DNA from: Candidatus Paceibacter sp.
GTDB lineage: Bacteria > Patescibacteriota > Patescibacteriia > S139-126
DNA length: 64,000 bases
NCBI GenBank assembly: GCA_020724865.1
Contig: DYGA01000005.1
Span: 4,094 to 68,093 of the forward strand
Direction: 5' to 3'
Numbering within the stretch: the stretch's first letter is position 1; every line of letters begins with the position of its first letter. Of the stretch, positions 1 to 10,657 are shown piece by piece. The notes under the pieces are model-generated. The model had not been told where the DNA came from and did not search any database. It saw only the letters and a program-made list of their open reading frames with translations. Position numbers and translations under genes: made by a program.

Positions 1-1
1 T

Positions 2-1099
2 TTGAATGTTCTTGGTGCTAAGGGCTTTGCAGCTCAATCAAAAACCGTTGATCAAATTGATAATGCTCCTGAAGAAAAAGAGCGAGGTATTACTATTGCC
101 ACAGCTCATGTTGAATATCAGAGCGAAAAAAGACATTATGCGCACGTTGATTGTCCCGGACACGCAGATTATGTAAAAAACATGATTACCGGAGCCGCTC
201 AAATGGATGGTGCAATTTTGGTGGTAGCAGCTACTGATGGTCCCATGCCCCAAACCAGAGAACATATTTTATTGGCAAAACAAGTTGGTGTTCCTTACAT
301 AGTTGTATTTTTAAATAAAATTGATCAGGTTGACGATCCTGAGTTAGTTGATTTGGTTGAAGAGGAAGTTAGAGATTTATTGAAAAAATATGAATTTCCC
401 GGTGACAAAACTCCAATTATCAGAGGTAGTGCTTTGAAAGCTTTGGAAAATCCCAATGACGAGGCTGCTGCTAAGCCAATTATGGATTTAGTTAAAGCTT
501 TGGATGAATATATTCCAACACCAGTCAGAGAAATTGATAAGCCATTTTTAATGCCAATTGAAGATATTTTCTCTATTGAAGGTCGCGGCACCGTGGTCAC
601 TGGCAGAATTGAACGTGGTGTTATAAAAGTAAATGAAGAGGTTGAAATTGTTGGTTTAAGGGAAACTCAAAAAACTACTGTCACTGGAGTGGAAATGTTT
701 AATAAAACTTTAGACCAAGGCCAAGCTGGAGACAATGCAGGTATTTTGCTTCGTGGTGTTAAAAAAGAAGATGTGGAAAGAGGTCAAGTTTTATGTAAAC
801 CCGGTTCAATTACTCCTCATACCGAATTTGAGGCAGAAGTTTATATTCTTTCTAAAGAAGAAGGTGGTAGACATACTCCATTCTTCAAAGGTTATAAACC
901 ACAATTTTATATTCGAACTACAGACGTAACTGGTGAAGTAACCTTACCAGAAGGCACAGAAATGGTTATGCCTGGTGATACAGTCAATTTAAAGATTACT
1001 TTGATTTCCCCAGTCGCTATGGAAGAAAAAATGCGTTTTGCTATTCGTGAAGGTGGTAGAACTGTCGGTGCTGGAGCAGTAACTAAAATAATTAAATAA
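2..1099 (+). CDS. tuf: Elongation factor Tu (5' end outside window)
   Basis: [24 protein letters not shown] motifs; C-terminal [10 protein letters not shown]. Confidence 0.99.
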   Translation: MNVLGAKGFAAQSKTVDQIDNAPEEKERGITIATAHVEYQSEKRHYAHVDCPGHADYVKNMITGAAQMDGAILVVAATDGPMPQTREHILLAKQVGVPYIVVFLNKIDQVDDPELVDLVEEEVRDLLKKYEFPGDKTPIIRGSALKALENPNDEAAAKPIMDLVKALDEYIPTPVREIDKPFLMPIEDIFSIEGRGTVVTGRIERGVIKVNEEVEIVGLRETQKTTVTGVEMFNKTLDQGQAGDNAGILLRGVKKEDVERGQVLCKPGSITPHTEFEAEVYILSKEEGGRHTPFFKGYKPQFYIRTTDVTGEVTLPEGTEMVMPGDTVNLKITLISPVAMEEKMRFAIREGGRTVGAGAVTKIIK

Positions 1100-1113
1100 T
1101 TGATTACACTGAT

Positions 1114-1136
1114 TCCCGCCAAATATTTTGGCGGGA
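1114..1136 (+). other. GC-rich hairpin after tuf (terminator or stabilising stem)
   Basis: TCCCGCCAAA-TAT-TTTGGCGGGA; no clear U-tract. Confidence 0.55.
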
Positions 1137-1174
1137 TTAACGTGGAATTAATAATAAGAGAATAGTTAAAAAGT

Positions 1175-1528
1175 ATGACAGAACAAAAAATTAAGAAAGC
1201 TGCAATCGCGAGTGAGGAAGAAGTTAAACCGCGGATACGGATTAAGATCAAAGCCTATGATCATAAAATCATTGACCAGGCAGCAAAAAAGATCATTGAA
1301 ACAGCAGAAAGAAATGGTTCTAGTGTAGTTGGTCCAGTCCCCCTACCTACAGCCAAGAAAAAGTTTACAGTATTAAATTCCACTTTTGTTCATAAAGATT
1401 CCCGTGATCAATATGAAATGCGTATTCATAAACGTTTGATTGATATTAGTCAACCAAATGCCAAAACCGTAGAGGCGCTTTCTAGTTTAAATTTGCCAGC
1501 GGGAGTGGATATTGAAATAAAAATGTAA
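1175..1528 (+). CDS. rpsJ: 30S ribosomal protein S10
   Basis: [30 protein letters not shown]. Confidence 0.99.
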   Translation: MTEQKIKKAAIASEEEVKPRIRIKIKAYDHKIIDQAAKKIIETAERNGSSVVGPVPLPTAKKKFTVLNSTFVHKDSRDQYEMRIHKRLIDISQPNAKTVEALSSLNLPAGVDIEIKM

Positions 1529-1643
1529 CACTGTAATCTGATAAAGGTCCAATTAAGGAAACCTATCAGAATATAGTTAGTTATATATTAAGGAAAGGAT
1601 TAACATTTTAGAAAAATTTGAGAACAATTAAGATTTGTTTCTC

Positions 1644-1727
1644 AAAACCGATTCCGCGTTTGATTCTTATTTTATATTAATTTTAATTTTAAGGATTAGA
1701 CGTGGGAGCGGTTTTTACTTATCCCAC
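1644..1727 (+). promoter_or_regulatory. Structured RNA element between rpsJ and rplC
   Basis: 26-bp stem 1644-1669/1690-1715 with five G-U pairs and one mismatch. Confidence 0.55.
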
Positions 1728-1739
1728 AATTTTATTCGT

Positions 1740-2564
1740 ATGGAAAACAAAAAAGACAAATTTATATTAGGGATTAAGCGTGGTATGACCCAGCTATTTT
1801 TAGATAATGGTGAAGCGGTGCCAGTTACCATAGTGGAAGCAGGCCCTTGTCAGATTGCACAAGTTAAGACCAAAGTTAATGATGGTTATCAAGCTGTACA
1901 GTTGAGTTATGGCAAAAAACAAAAATTATCTAAACCATTACAGGGTCATTTAAAAGGGTTATTATACAATCGTTATTTGGCAGAATTTATAGTTTCTGAT
2001 GAGGAACTACTCAATAAATGTAAACGTGGCTTAGAAATTAGAGTAGATAGTTTTAAGGAAGGTGATTTGGTGAAAGTTGTTGGCATTAGTAAAGGTAAAG
2101 GTTTTCAAGGGGTGGTAAAACGACACAAATTTCATGGTAGTCCGGCATCACACGGTCATAAAGATCAGTTACGTATGCCCGGTTCGATCGGCGCAGGCGG
2201 TGTGCAGCATGTATTTAAAGGAACAAAAATGGGTGGCCGCATGGGTCATGATCAGGTTACTGTAACAAATTTACAAATTGTAAAAATTGATGAAGCCAAT
2301 AATTTATTTTATATCAAAGGTGCTTTGCCCGGTATTCGCGGTGGTATGTTAAAAATTTCCGGACAGGGTGATTTGATTTTACATGAGCCAGTAGCTGCCA
2401 AGGAAAAAGTTGAAGAAAATAAAAATAGTTCAGCCCCAGAATTAGAAGATAATAATAATAAAAATACTGAAGCAGCAAATGACAATACCACAGCCAATCA
2501 AGTTACTGAATCAGCAAAAACTGTTGTAGAAAACAAAATTTATGATCAAGGCAAAAGTTTATAA
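1740..2564 (+). CDS. rplC: 50S ribosomal protein L3 with C-terminal extension
   Basis: LGIKRGMTQ, KGKGFQGVVKRH; ATG 1740 preferred over TTG 1635. Confidence 0.98.
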   Translation: MENKKDKFILGIKRGMTQLFLDNGEAVPVTIVEAGPCQIAQVKTKVNDGYQAVQLSYGKKQKLSKPLQGHLKGLLYNRYLAEFIVSDEELLNKCKRGLEIRVDSFKEGDLVKVVGISKGKGFQGVVKRHKFHGSPASHGHKDQLRMPGSIGAGGVQHVFKGTKMGGRMGHDQVTVTNLQIVKIDEANNLFYIKGALPGIRGGMLKISGQGDLILHEPVAAKEKVEENKNSSAPELEDNNNKNTEAANDNTTANQVTESAKTVVENKIYDQGKSL

Positions 2565-3180
2565 TCAATCAGGCCAAGAGATTAAAGATGTTACTTTAGA
2601 TAAAAGTGTTTTTGATGTGAATATAAAACCAGCCTTAGTGGCAGAGGTAGCAGTTGCAATGTTAGCTAATCAAAGAAAGCCTTATGCTCATACAAAAGGT
2701 AGAAGCGATGTTAGGGGAGGCGGTAGAAAACCATGGAAACAAAAAGGAACTGGCAGAGCAAGACATGGGTCAATTAGATCACCTTTATGGATTGGCGGTG
2801 GAGTTACTTTCGGGCCTTCCAAAGAAAAAAATTTTACTAAAAAAATTAATAAAAAAGTAAAAATAAATGCCCTACGTATGGTTTTAACTGATCGGGCAAG
2901 GCAAAATAATATAATAATTTTTGATGATATTAAATTTAATGAAATTAAAACCAAAGCTGTGGCAGATTGGTTAAAAATAAAACCATTAGTTGATAAAAAG
3001 ATTCTTATTGTCTTAAATCGTTATGATAAAAATATTGAACGTTCAGCTAGAAATATACCCAAAGTAAAAGTGGTTCCATTGTCTTCGTTGAATTTGTTAG
3101 AATTATTGGAATATCCTCACTTAGTTTTAACAGAAAGTGTTTTGGATAATTTAGTAAGAAAATATAAAGCAGCTATATGA
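2542..3180 (+). CDS. rplD: 50S ribosomal protein L4
   Basis: GGGRKPWKQKGTGRARHGSIRSP. Confidence 0.99.
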   Translation: MIKAKVYNQSGQEIKDVTLDKSVFDVNIKPALVAEVAVAMLANQRKPYAHTKGRSDVRGGGRKPWKQKGTGRARHGSIRSPLWIGGGVTFGPSKEKNFTKKINKKVKINALRMVLTDRARQNNIIIFDDIKFNEIKTKAVADWLKIKPLVDKKILIVLNRYDKNIERSARNIPKVKVVPLSSLNLLELLEYPHLVLTESVLDNLVRKYKAAI

Positions 3181-3599
3181 GTTTAAAAGATTTATTTGCA
3201 AAACAAAATCAAGCTAAACAGTCTAAAGCAAAAACTGTTGTTTCAGCTAAGGCCAAAACGGAAGAAAAGAAAGCAGCAGCCGCAAAAGAGGTTTCAGCAG
3301 CAAAAAGTAGTGCTATTTTTTCTCATCGAGTACTATTGAAACCATTGGTAACAGAAAAAGGCGCTAAACAAACTGAACAAAATAAATATTTTTTTATGGT
3401 AGCTGATAAGGCCAATAAAGTAATGATTAAACAAGCCATTGCTGAAACTTATGGTGTCTGGCCTTTGTCGGTTAATGTTGTAAAAATGAAAGGTAAAAAA
3501 GTAAGATTTGGTCGTCGTGAAGGTGTTCGTAAAGATTGGAAAAAAGCGATTATTACTTTACCCCAAGGTAAGACCATTGATGTTTATAAAGGAGTATAA
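3177..3599 (+). CDS. rplW: 50S ribosomal protein L23 with N-terminal extension
   Basis: [14 protein letters not shown]; operon position. Confidence 0.97.
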   Translation: MSLKDLFAKQNQAKQSKAKTVVSAKAKTEEKKAAAAKEVSAAKSSAIFSHRVLLKPLVTEKGAKQTEQNKYFFMVADKANKVMIKQAIAETYGVWPLSVNVVKMKGKKVRFGRREGVRKDWKKAIITLPQGKTIDVYKGV

Positions 3600-3601
3600 A
3601 T

Positions 3602-4435
3602 ATGGCAATTGTTAAATACAAACCAACTTCACCCGGTCGCAGGTTATCATCAGTCAATAAGCAATCTTTAGCTAAGGCTGATATAAAAAAATTGCGCAAT
3701 AAAAAAATTAGAAGTACTGGGCGCAATAATCAAGGAAAAATTACTGTTCGACATCGTGGCGGAGGAGTTAAACAGCATTATCGTCAGGTTGATTTTAAAA
3801 GAGAAAAGTTTGACGTACCCGCAAAAGTTATTGAATTGTGTTACGATCCCAATCGTAGTGCCAATTTGGCTTTATTACAATATGCTGACGGTGAGAAGCG
3901 TTATATAATTGCACCCGAAGGTTTACAAGTTGGCCAAAAAGTATATTCTAGTCAAAAAGGGTTGGAAATAAAAGTTGGTAACAATATGCCTTTGAAGTTT
4001 ATTCCTGATGGTCAAGAAATAAATAATGTTGAATTATATGTCGGCGGCGGGGCTAAATTAGGGCGTTCGGCTGGTAATATAATCGTTTTGATGGCCAAAG
4101 AAAATGGTTTTGCTCAGTTGAAAATGCCATCAGGAGAAATTCGTTTAGTGTCTGAAGATTGTCGAGCGACGATTGGAGCAGTAAGTAACACTGAACACAG
4201 AAATGTTCGTTGGGGTAAAGCTGGTAGAATGCGTTATCGTAATATTAGGCCAACAGTTAGAGGTAAAGCTATGAATCCAGTTGATCATCCTCATGGCGGT
4301 GGTGAAGGCAATCAGCCAATTGGTTTAAAACATCCTAAAACTCCATGGGGTAAACCAGCTTTGGGTGTAAAAACTAGAAAGCAAAAAAATAGTGATCGTT
4401 TAATTATTAAACGAAGAGCAGTTAAGAAAAACTAA
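3602..4435 (+). CDS. rplB: 50S ribosomal protein L2
   Basis: [17 protein letters not shown]. Confidence 0.99.
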   Translation: MAIVKYKPTSPGRRLSSVNKQSLAKADIKKLRNKKIRSTGRNNQGKITVRHRGGGVKQHYRQVDFKREKFDVPAKVIELCYDPNRSANLALLQYADGEKRYIIAPEGLQVGQKVYSSQKGLEIKVGNNMPLKFIPDGQEINNVELYVGGGAKLGRSAGNIIVLMAKENGFAQLKMPSGEIRLVSEDCRATIGAVSNTEHRNVRWGKAGRMRYRNIRPTVRGKAMNPVDHPHGGGEGNQPIGLKHPKTPWGKPALGVKTRKQKNSDRLIIKRRAVKKN

Positions 4436-4443
4436 TAAAATAT

Positions 4444-4743
4444 ATGAGTAGAAGTTTAAAAAAAGGGCCATTTATTGATGAAAAATTATTAAAAAAACTG
4501 GCCAAAGCTAAGCAAAGCGGTGATAAAAAACCAATTAAAACCTGGTCACGGGATTCAATGATTGTGCCAGAAATGGTTGGTTTTAATTTTGCCGTTCATA
4601 ATGGCAAAACTCATGTACCAGTGTATGTGGTCGAAAATATGGTTGGTCATAAGTTAGGTGAATTTGCACCAACTAGAAAATTTTATAAACACGGTGGTAG
4701 AATGCAAAAAGAACAAGAAAAAGCCGCCGCCGAAAATAAATAA
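4444..4743 (+). CDS. rpsS: 30S ribosomal protein S19
   Basis: [21 protein letters not shown]. Confidence 0.99.
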   Translation: MSRSLKKGPFIDEKLLKKLAKAKQSGDKKPIKTWSRDSMIVPEMVGFNFAVHNGKTHVPVYVVENMVGHKLGEFAPTRKFYKHGGRMQKEQEKAAAENK

Positions 4744-4749
4744 TTTATT

Positions 4750-5292
4750 ATGGATAAACAAACAGTCAAAGCAGTATTAAGATATGCCCGTCTGTCTCCG
4801 CGTAAAGCCAGAATGATGGTTGATTTAGTGCGAGGTAAAAAAGTTACGGTGGCAGAAGCTCAGTTGAAATGGCAGATTGGAAAAGTTAGTCCGGTATTGT
4901 TAAAGTTGTTAAATAGTGCCGTAGCTAATGCTATTCATAATTTTAAATTAAACAAAGAAGATTTGATTATTAAATCCTTTACAGTTGATAGTGGTCCAGT
5001 TTTAAAAAGATATACGCCCAAAGCATTTGGCCGTGCAACACCTATTAGAAAACCAACCAGTCATATTACTATTGTTTTGGAAAGTACCAATAAGTCAGTG
5101 AAAAAGAATAATAAAGAAGAAACTAAATCTGAAAAAACTGACGAAAAAAAAGTAGCGGGAGATGAAAAAAAAGTTTTGCCAAATACAAATAAGCAAATGG
5201 GAAAAAATGAAAAACTAGATCAGTCAGTAAATCGAGGTAAAAAGTTGCCAGCCAATAAACCAATTTCTAAAACAACTAAGCAAAAAGTATAA
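4750..5292 (+). CDS. rplV: 50S ribosomal protein L22 with C-terminal extension
   Basis: SPRKAR, SAVANA, TSHITIV. Confidence 0.98.
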   Translation: MDKQTVKAVLRYARLSPRKARMMVDLVRGKKVTVAEAQLKWQIGKVSPVLLKLLNSAVANAIHNFKLNKEDLIIKSFTVDSGPVLKRYTPKAFGRATPIRKPTSHITIVLESTNKSVKKNNKEETKSEKTDEKKVAGDEKKVLPNTNKQMGKNEKLDQSVNRGKKLPANKPISKTTKQKV

Positions 5293-5300
5293 TTAAATTT

Positions 5301-5963
5301 ATGGGACAGAAAGTAAATCCAAAAATATTTCGTACTAATATCATTTTTACTTGGTCATCTAAGTGGTTTAGTCAGAATAACTATGCTGAAAATTTGCAGC
5401 AGGATATTAAATTGCGAAAATTTTTACGTAATAAATTAAAAGATGCCGGGTTAGCTAAAGTTGAAATTGAGCGTTCGGTTGGTAAACTGGATATAAATTT
5501 GCATACTGCTAAACCAGGGTTAATTATTGGTAAGGGCGGCAAAGCGGTAGAAGATTTAAAAAAAGAATTGCAACGTAAAATAATTCATAATCCCAAGTTG
5601 CAAATAAATATAAACATTAAAGAAGTTGATAAACCAAATTTGTCTGCTGAGATTATGGTCCAACAAATGGCTCAAGAGATAGAAAAACGTGTACCTTTCA
5701 GAAGAGTAATGAAAAGAACTATTGATATGATTTTAAAAGCTGGAGCTAAAGGTGCAAAAGTTCAGGTGGCAGGTAGATTGAATGGAGCAGAAATTGCTCG
5801 TACCGAAACATTATCAGAAGGTAAGATTCCTTTGCATACGATGCGTGCCAATATTGATTACTCTCGAGGCGTTGCTATCACAACTTATGGTACCATTGGT
5901 ATAAAGGTATGGATTTATACGGGAGAAATATTTAAGACTAAAGAGCAAGAAATAAATAACTAA
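5301..5963 (+). CDS. rpsC: 30S ribosomal protein S3
   Basis: [17 protein letters not shown]. Confidence 0.99.
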   Translation: MGQKVNPKIFRTNIIFTWSSKWFSQNNYAENLQQDIKLRKFLRNKLKDAGLAKVEIERSVGKLDINLHTAKPGLIIGKGGKAVEDLKKELQRKIIHNPKLQININIKEVDKPNLSAEIMVQQMAQEIEKRVPFRRVMKRTIDMILKAGAKGAKVQVAGRLNGAEIARTETLSEGKIPLHTMRANIDYSRGVAITTYGTIGIKVWIYTGEIFKTKEQEINN

Positions 5964-5967
5964 TAAT

Positions 5968-6384
5968 ATGTTAGCACCAAAGAAAGTAAAACATAGAAAA
6001 TGGCAACGCGGTCGCATACGTGGTAATGCAACCAGTGGTGATCGTTTACATTTTGGGAGTTTTGGTTTAAAATCTCAGGAACCAAGATGGGTTAGTTCTA
6101 GACAAATTGAAGCTGCGCGTAGAGCCATGACAAGATTTGTGCAGCGTGGAGCTAAGATTTGGATAAGAATTTTTCCTGATAAACCAGTAACCAGTAAAGG
6201 TAATGAAATTCCGATGGGTAAAGGAAAAGGAGCTCCTGATCATTTTGTTGCGGTAGTAAAACCAGGTACCATGATTTTTGAAATGGAAGGTGTTGATGAG
6301 AAAACTGCTCGTGAAGCTATGAGATTGGCAGCTCACAAGTTGCCTTGCAAAACTAAATTTGTAAGCAAAATGTATAAGTTATGA
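5968..6384 (+). CDS. rplP: 50S ribosomal protein L16
   Basis: [21 protein letters not shown]. Confidence 0.99.
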   Translation: MLAPKKVKHRKWQRGRIRGNATSGDRLHFGSFGLKSQEPRWVSSRQIEAARRAMTRFVQRGAKIWIRIFPDKPVTSKGNEIPMGKGKGAPDHFVAVVKPGTMIFEMEGVDEKTAREAMRLAAHKLPCKTKFVSKMYKL

Positions 6385-6614
6385 ATTTTAAAGATTTAAA
6401 AAATAAAAGTTTAGGTGAATTGCAAAAGTTGTTAGCCGAAGAACGCGCCCGTCTGCGTGATTTGCGATTTCAAGTTGCGGCCGAACAACATAAACAAGTG
6501 CATGAATTAGGTCAAAGCAGAAAGACAATTGCCAGAATTTTAACTTTATTAAAGCAGGCAAATAATAAAGCAGGAGAAAGTAATTTGTCAGAAAAAACAG
6601 ATAATAAACAATAA
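6381..6614 (+). CDS. rpmC: 50S ribosomal protein L29
   Basis: [13 protein letters not shown]; position. Confidence 0.95.
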   Translation: MNFKDLKNKSLGELQKLLAEERARLRDLRFQVAAEQHKQVHELGQSRKTIARILTLLKQANNKAGESNLSEKTDNKQ

Positions 6615-6640
6615 TTTTTTATAATATTAAATATTTATAT

Positions 6641-6916
6641 ATGACAGCTGAAAATAAAAAGACCAAGAACAGAATTGCCCGTAGTTTTGTTGGTACGGTA
6701 GTTTCTGATGCAATGGATAAAACAGTTGTTGTTAAAGTTACCCAAGTTAAAATTCATCCCAAGTATCGTAAGCGTTTTCAGGTGGCGAAAAAATATCACG
6801 CTCATGATGCTAAAAATGAATATAAAATTGGTGACGAGGTTATGATTAGAGAAGTCAGACCAATTTCCAAAACAAAAAAATGGCTAGTTATAAGTAAAAT
6901 AAATAAAAAAGTATGA
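6641..6916 (+). CDS. rpsQ: 30S ribosomal protein S17
   Basis: [21 protein letters not shown]. Confidence 0.99.
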   Translation: MTAENKKTKNRIARSFVGTVVSDAMDKTVVVKVTQVKIHPKYRKRFQVAKKYHAHDAKNEYKIGDEVMIREVRPISKTKKWLVISKINKKV

Positions 6917-7284
6917 TTCAAGTAGGTACAAGATTAAAAGTAGCTGATAATTCTGGCGCTAAAGAAGTTCAATGTATTAGAATATTAGGAGCTTCTTATC
7001 GTCGTTATGCAGGTATTGGTGATTTGATTATTGTGGCTACAAAAAATGCTCAACCGCATTCCCAAGTAAAAAAGGGTGATGTTTTAACCGCGGTTATTGT
7101 AAGAACTAAGCAGAATATTAAAAGAAAAGACGGTTCAGCTTTACGTTTTGATGAAAATGCCGTAGTAATTATTGATAAAAAATCAAAAGAACCAAAAGCT
7201 TCACGTATTTTCGGACCAGTTGCTAGGGAATTACGTAATAAAGGTTTTATGAAAATAATATCATTAGCCCCTGAAGTCTTATAA
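6913..7284 (+). CDS. rplN: 50S ribosomal protein L14
   Basis: [15 protein letters not shown]. Confidence 0.99.
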   Translation: MIQVGTRLKVADNSGAKEVQCIRILGASYRRYAGIGDLIIVATKNAQPHSQVKKGDVLTAVIVRTKQNIKRKDGSALRFDENAVVIIDKKSKEPKASRIFGPVARELRNKGFMKIISLAPEVL

Positions 7285-7288
7285 TTAT

Positions 7289-7597
7289 ATGCAATTAAAA
7301 AAGAACGACACAGTTAAAGTAATCGCCGGTAAAGATAAAGGTAAACAAGGTAAAATTACCCAAGTTTTTCCGATGGAAAAAAAAGTTGTAGTGGAAGGTG
7401 TTAATGTTTATAAAAAACATCTTCGTCCGCGTAAACAGGGAGAAGGTGGACAAGTTATAGAATTTTTTGCCCCTTTGAATATGAATAAAGTTCAGTTAAT
7501 TTGTCCTAAATGTGGCAAACTAACAAGAATTGGTAAGCAGCTAACTTCTGATGGTAAAAAAATTAGGATTTGTAAAAAATGTAAAGCTACTATTTAA
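7289..7597 (+). CDS. rplX: 50S ribosomal protein L24
   Basis: KOW motif VIAGKDKGKQG; two CxxC motifs. Confidence 0.98.
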   Translation: MQLKKNDTVKVIAGKDKGKQGKITQVFPMEKKVVVEGVNVYKKHLRPRKQGEGGQVIEFFAPLNMNKVQLICPKCGKLTRIGKQLTSDGKKIRICKKCKATI

Positions 7598-7599
7598 AT

Positions 7600-8142
7600 A
7601 TGAATAAGTTACAACAAGAATTTAATAAAAAAATTAGACCAACTTTATTTAAAGAGTTAGGTTTAAAAAGTATTATGGCAGTGCCTCGTTTAGAAAAAGT
7701 GGTAATAAATGTTGGTGTTGGTAAAGGTTTAAAAGATGAAAAGTATATAGAAGCGGTTGAATCGACCTTAGTACGTATTACTGGACAAAAACCAATTCGC
7801 ACTAAAGCCAAAAAATCTATCGCAGCTTTCAAGATTAGAGAAGGTAATACCGTTGGTTTGAAAGTAACTTTACGGGGACAACGTATGTATGATTTTATTG
7901 AAAAATTAATTAATGTTAGTTTGCCCAGAGTTAGAGATTTTCAGGGATTAAAGGTCAATAGTTTTGATGGTCATGGCAATTATACCTTAGGAATTAAGGA
8001 ACATATAATTTTTCCGGAAATAAAAGCTGACGAGGTAGAAAATTTACATGGTTTAGAAATTGTCATTGTTACTACGACCAATAGTGATGAACTGGCTAAA
8101 AAATTATTGTTGGCTTTAAAATTTCCATTTAGTAAAAAATAA
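7600..8142 (+). CDS. rplE: 50S ribosomal protein L5
   Basis: [15 protein letters not shown]. Confidence 0.99.
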   Translation: MNKLQQEFNKKIRPTLFKELGLKSIMAVPRLEKVVINVGVGKGLKDEKYIEAVESTLVRITGQKPIRTKAKKSIAAFKIREGNTVGLKVTLRGQRMYDFIEKLINVSLPRVRDFQGLKVNSFDGHGNYTLGIKEHIIFPEIKADEVENLHGLEIVIVTTTNSDELAKKLLLALKFPFSKK

Positions 8143-8146
8143 ATTT

Positions 8147-8341
8147 ATGGCTACCAAAGCACAAATTGCAAAATCAAATAGATCAGTTATTAAACCGAAA
8201 TTTTCCACTCGAGTGGTTAGACGTTGTTGGCGTTGCGGTCGAAAACGCTCTTATATGCGTGATTTTAAAATTTGTCGGATTTGTTTTAGAGAATTGGCGG
8301 CCAAAGGTGATTTGCCAGGAATAACCAAAAGTAGTTGGTAA
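8147..8341 (+). CDS. rpsN: 30S ribosomal protein S14 (zinc-binding type Z)
   Basis: RCWRCGR, CRICFRE, KSSW. Confidence 0.98.
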   Translation: MATKAQIAKSNRSVIKPKFSTRVVRRCWRCGRKRSYMRDFKICRICFRELAAKGDLPGITKSSW

Positions 8342-8378
8342 TTATTATTAAAAAAGTATTAATTAAAATAGATTTTAT

Positions 8379-8765
8379 ATGACCGATCCCATAGCAGACA
8401 TGCTTACTAGAATTAGAAACGCCTTGCGCGTTAATAAAAATGAAGTAACTATACCTTACTCTAAGTTAAAAGTGAGAATTGCCGAAATTTTGAAAAACGA
8501 AGGTTATATCAATAGTTATAGTGAGCAATTAGAAAATCGTCAATTAAAGTTGCAATTAAAATATAAACCCAATGGTCAGCCAGTAATTAGATCTTTACGG
8601 CGGATTTCCAAACCAGGTCGGAGGATTTATTGCCAGGTTGATGAATTGCCAAGAGTGTTAAATAATTTAGGTATTGCTATTATTTCTACTCCAGCTGGTT
8701 TAATGACGGCTGCTGAAGCCAGACAAAAAAAAGTTGGTGGAGAGATTATTTGTGAAATATATTAA
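8379..8765 (+). CDS. rpsH: 30S ribosomal protein S8
   Basis: DPIADMLTRIRN. Confidence 0.99.
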   Translation: MTDPIADMLTRIRNALRVNKNEVTIPYSKLKVRIAEILKNEGYINSYSEQLENRQLKLQLKYKPNGQPVIRSLRRISKPGRRIYCQVDELPRVLNNLGIAIISTPAGLMTAAEARQKKVGGEIICEIY

Positions 8766-8770
8766 TAATT

Positions 8771-9316
8771 ATGAGCAGATTAGCTAAAAAACCAATTATT
8801 ATACCAACCGGAGTAACCTTTACGGAGGCTAATAATTTTTATATTGTTAAAGGTCCTAAAGGTGAAATATCAAAGCCCCGTATTCCGAGGGTAAAAGTTG
8901 ATGTTAAGGATAATAAAATTACTCTTAAAGTCCCTCAAATTGATCGCAGTGACGATCGGGCATTTTTAGGTACCGCCGTACGGGTTATACAAAATATGAT
9001 TATTGGTGTGACCGAAGGTTATACAAAGAAATTAGAAATCAATGGAGTTGGTTATCGGGCAGAGATGAAGGGTAAAAATTTAGTTTTGCAGGTTGGTTTT
9101 TCTCATCCGGTAGAGTTTAAAGAAGTAGCTGGTATTGATATTAAAGTTGAAAAAAATTTAATTACCGTTTCTGGTATTGACAAAGTTTTAGTAGGCCAAG
9201 TTGCTGCCAATATAAGAAAAATTAAAAAACCTGAACCTTATAAAGGTAAAGGCATTAAATATGTTGATGAAGTTATTATTCGTAAGGAAGGTAAACAGGT
9301 TAAAGCTCAAGGTTAA
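8771..9316 (+). CDS. rplF: 50S ribosomal protein L6
   Basis: PEPYKGKGI. Confidence 0.99.
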   Translation: MSRLAKKPIIIPTGVTFTEANNFYIVKGPKGEISKPRIPRVKVDVKDNKITLKVPQIDRSDDRAFLGTAVRVIQNMIIGVTEGYTKKLEINGVGYRAEMKGKNLVLQVGFSHPVEFKEVAGIDIKVEKNLITVSGIDKVLVGQVAANIRKIKKPEPYKGKGIKYVDEVIIRKEGKQVKAQG

Positions 9317-9330
9317 AATTAAAAATTTTT

Positions 9331-9669
9331 ATGTTAAAGAAACAATTATTAAGAAAACATAGACACAAACGAGTACGAGCTAAAGTTAAAGGAACAGCTT
9401 TACGGCCAAGATTGGTTGTTTATCGTAGTTTAAAACATATTGAAGCGCAAGTGATAGATGATACTAAAGGTGTAACTTTATTGTCTGGCCGAGATTTAAA
9501 GATGAAAGGAAATAAAATGGTTCGCGCCGAGCAAGTTGGATCAGCGATAGCAAAAGCTTGTTTAGATAAAAAAATTACTAAAGTAGTTTTTGATCGTAAT
9601 GGCTATAAATATCAAGGCAGAGTAAAGGCCTTAGCCGAAGCGGCCCGTAAAGAAGGATTAATTTTTTAA
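9331..9669 (+). CDS. rplR: 50S ribosomal protein L18
   Basis: [23 protein letters not shown]. Confidence 0.98.
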   Translation: MLKKQLLRKHRHKRVRAKVKGTALRPRLVVYRSLKHIEAQVIDDTKGVTLLSGRDLKMKGNKMVRAEQVGSAIAKACLDKKITKVVFDRNGYKYQGRVKALAEAARKEGLIF

Positions 9670-9673
9670 TTTT

Positions 9674-10186
9674 ATGGTAAAGAAAACTGTTTCTCAACAA
9701 AATGATAATTCAATCGAAGTAGTAAAAACTGTTGAAGAATTTGAACAAAAAATTATTGATTTGGCTAGAGTTACTAGAGTAATGGCTGGAGGAAAACGTA
9801 TGCGTTTCCGTGCTTGTGTAGTAATTGGTAATAAAAATGGTCAAATCGGCTATGCTATTGCCAAAGGCGCTGATGTTACCTTAGCAGTTAATAAAGCTGC
9901 AACTAAAGCTAAGAAAAATTTACTGACAGTGGCTAGATATAAAGAAACTATTCCGCACGAAGTAAGATTAAAATATAAAGCCGCTAATATAATTTTAAAA
10001 CCAGCGCCAATCGGCACAGGAATAAAAGCTGGCGGAGCAGTTAGGGATGTTTTAGCCTTGTCTGGTATAGCCAATGTTGTTGCCAAGATAATTGGTTCAA
10101 ATAATAAGATTAATAATGTTAAAGCAACCTTTTTAGCTTTACAGAGTTTACAAACTCAATCAGGTAATAGACAGATAACCGAATAA
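9674..10186 (+). CDS. rpsE: 30S ribosomal protein S5
   Basis: RVTRVMAGGKR, GTGIKAGG. Confidence 0.99.
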   Translation: MVKKTVSQQNDNSIEVVKTVEEFEQKIIDLARVTRVMAGGKRMRFRACVVIGNKNGQIGYAIAKGADVTLAVNKAATKAKKNLLTVARYKETIPHEVRLKYKAANIILKPAPIGTGIKAGGAVRDVLALSGIANVVAKIIGSNNKINNVKATFLALQSLQTQSGNRQITE

Positions 10187-10190
10187 TTTT

Positions 10191-10652
10191 ATGTTAAGTT
10201 TAAATAATTTAGTCAAAACAAAGAATAAAAAGATTAAAAGATTGGGCAGAGGTAATGCTAGTCGTGGTAATTATTCTGGTCGGGGAATGAAAGGACAAAA
10301 AGCTCGTAGTGGCGTAGGTGGTTTAAAACAAAAAGGTATAAAATCTTGGTTAATGAAAATTCCTAAGAAACGCGGTTTTGTTAGTCCGCAGAAACCAAAA
10401 GAAAATATATCTATTTTAGAATTAGAAAAGCATTTTACTGCGGGCAGCACTGTTACTCCTTTTATTTTGAAAAGCAAAGGTTTGATTAGTAACCCTAAAG
10501 TAGGAGTAAAAATAATTGGCAAGGGTAATTTAAGTAAGAAATTACAAGTTAAAGTTCATGCGGTAAGTGCCAGTGCCAAGCAAGCAATAGAACAAGCCGG
10601 CGGTACCATCGAGTTGATAGTTAAGAAAAAAATTGAAAAAAAGTCTAAATAA
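10191..10652 (+). CDS. rplO: 50S ribosomal protein L15
   Basis: RLGRG, GRGMKGQKARSG, IEQAGG. Confidence 0.97.
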   Translation: MLSLNNLVKTKNKKIKRLGRGNASRGNYSGRGMKGQKARSGVGGLKQKGIKSWLMKIPKKRGFVSPQKPKENISILELEKHFTAGSTVTPFILKSKGLISNPKVGVKIIGKGNLSKKLQVKVHAVSASAKQAIEQAGGTIELIVKKKIEKKSK

Positions 10653-10657
10653 AAATT

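Noticed and set aside
1635-1739. TTG-initiated N-terminal extension of rplC
   Set aside because: Overlaps the structured spacer; L3 similarity starts after ATG 1740.
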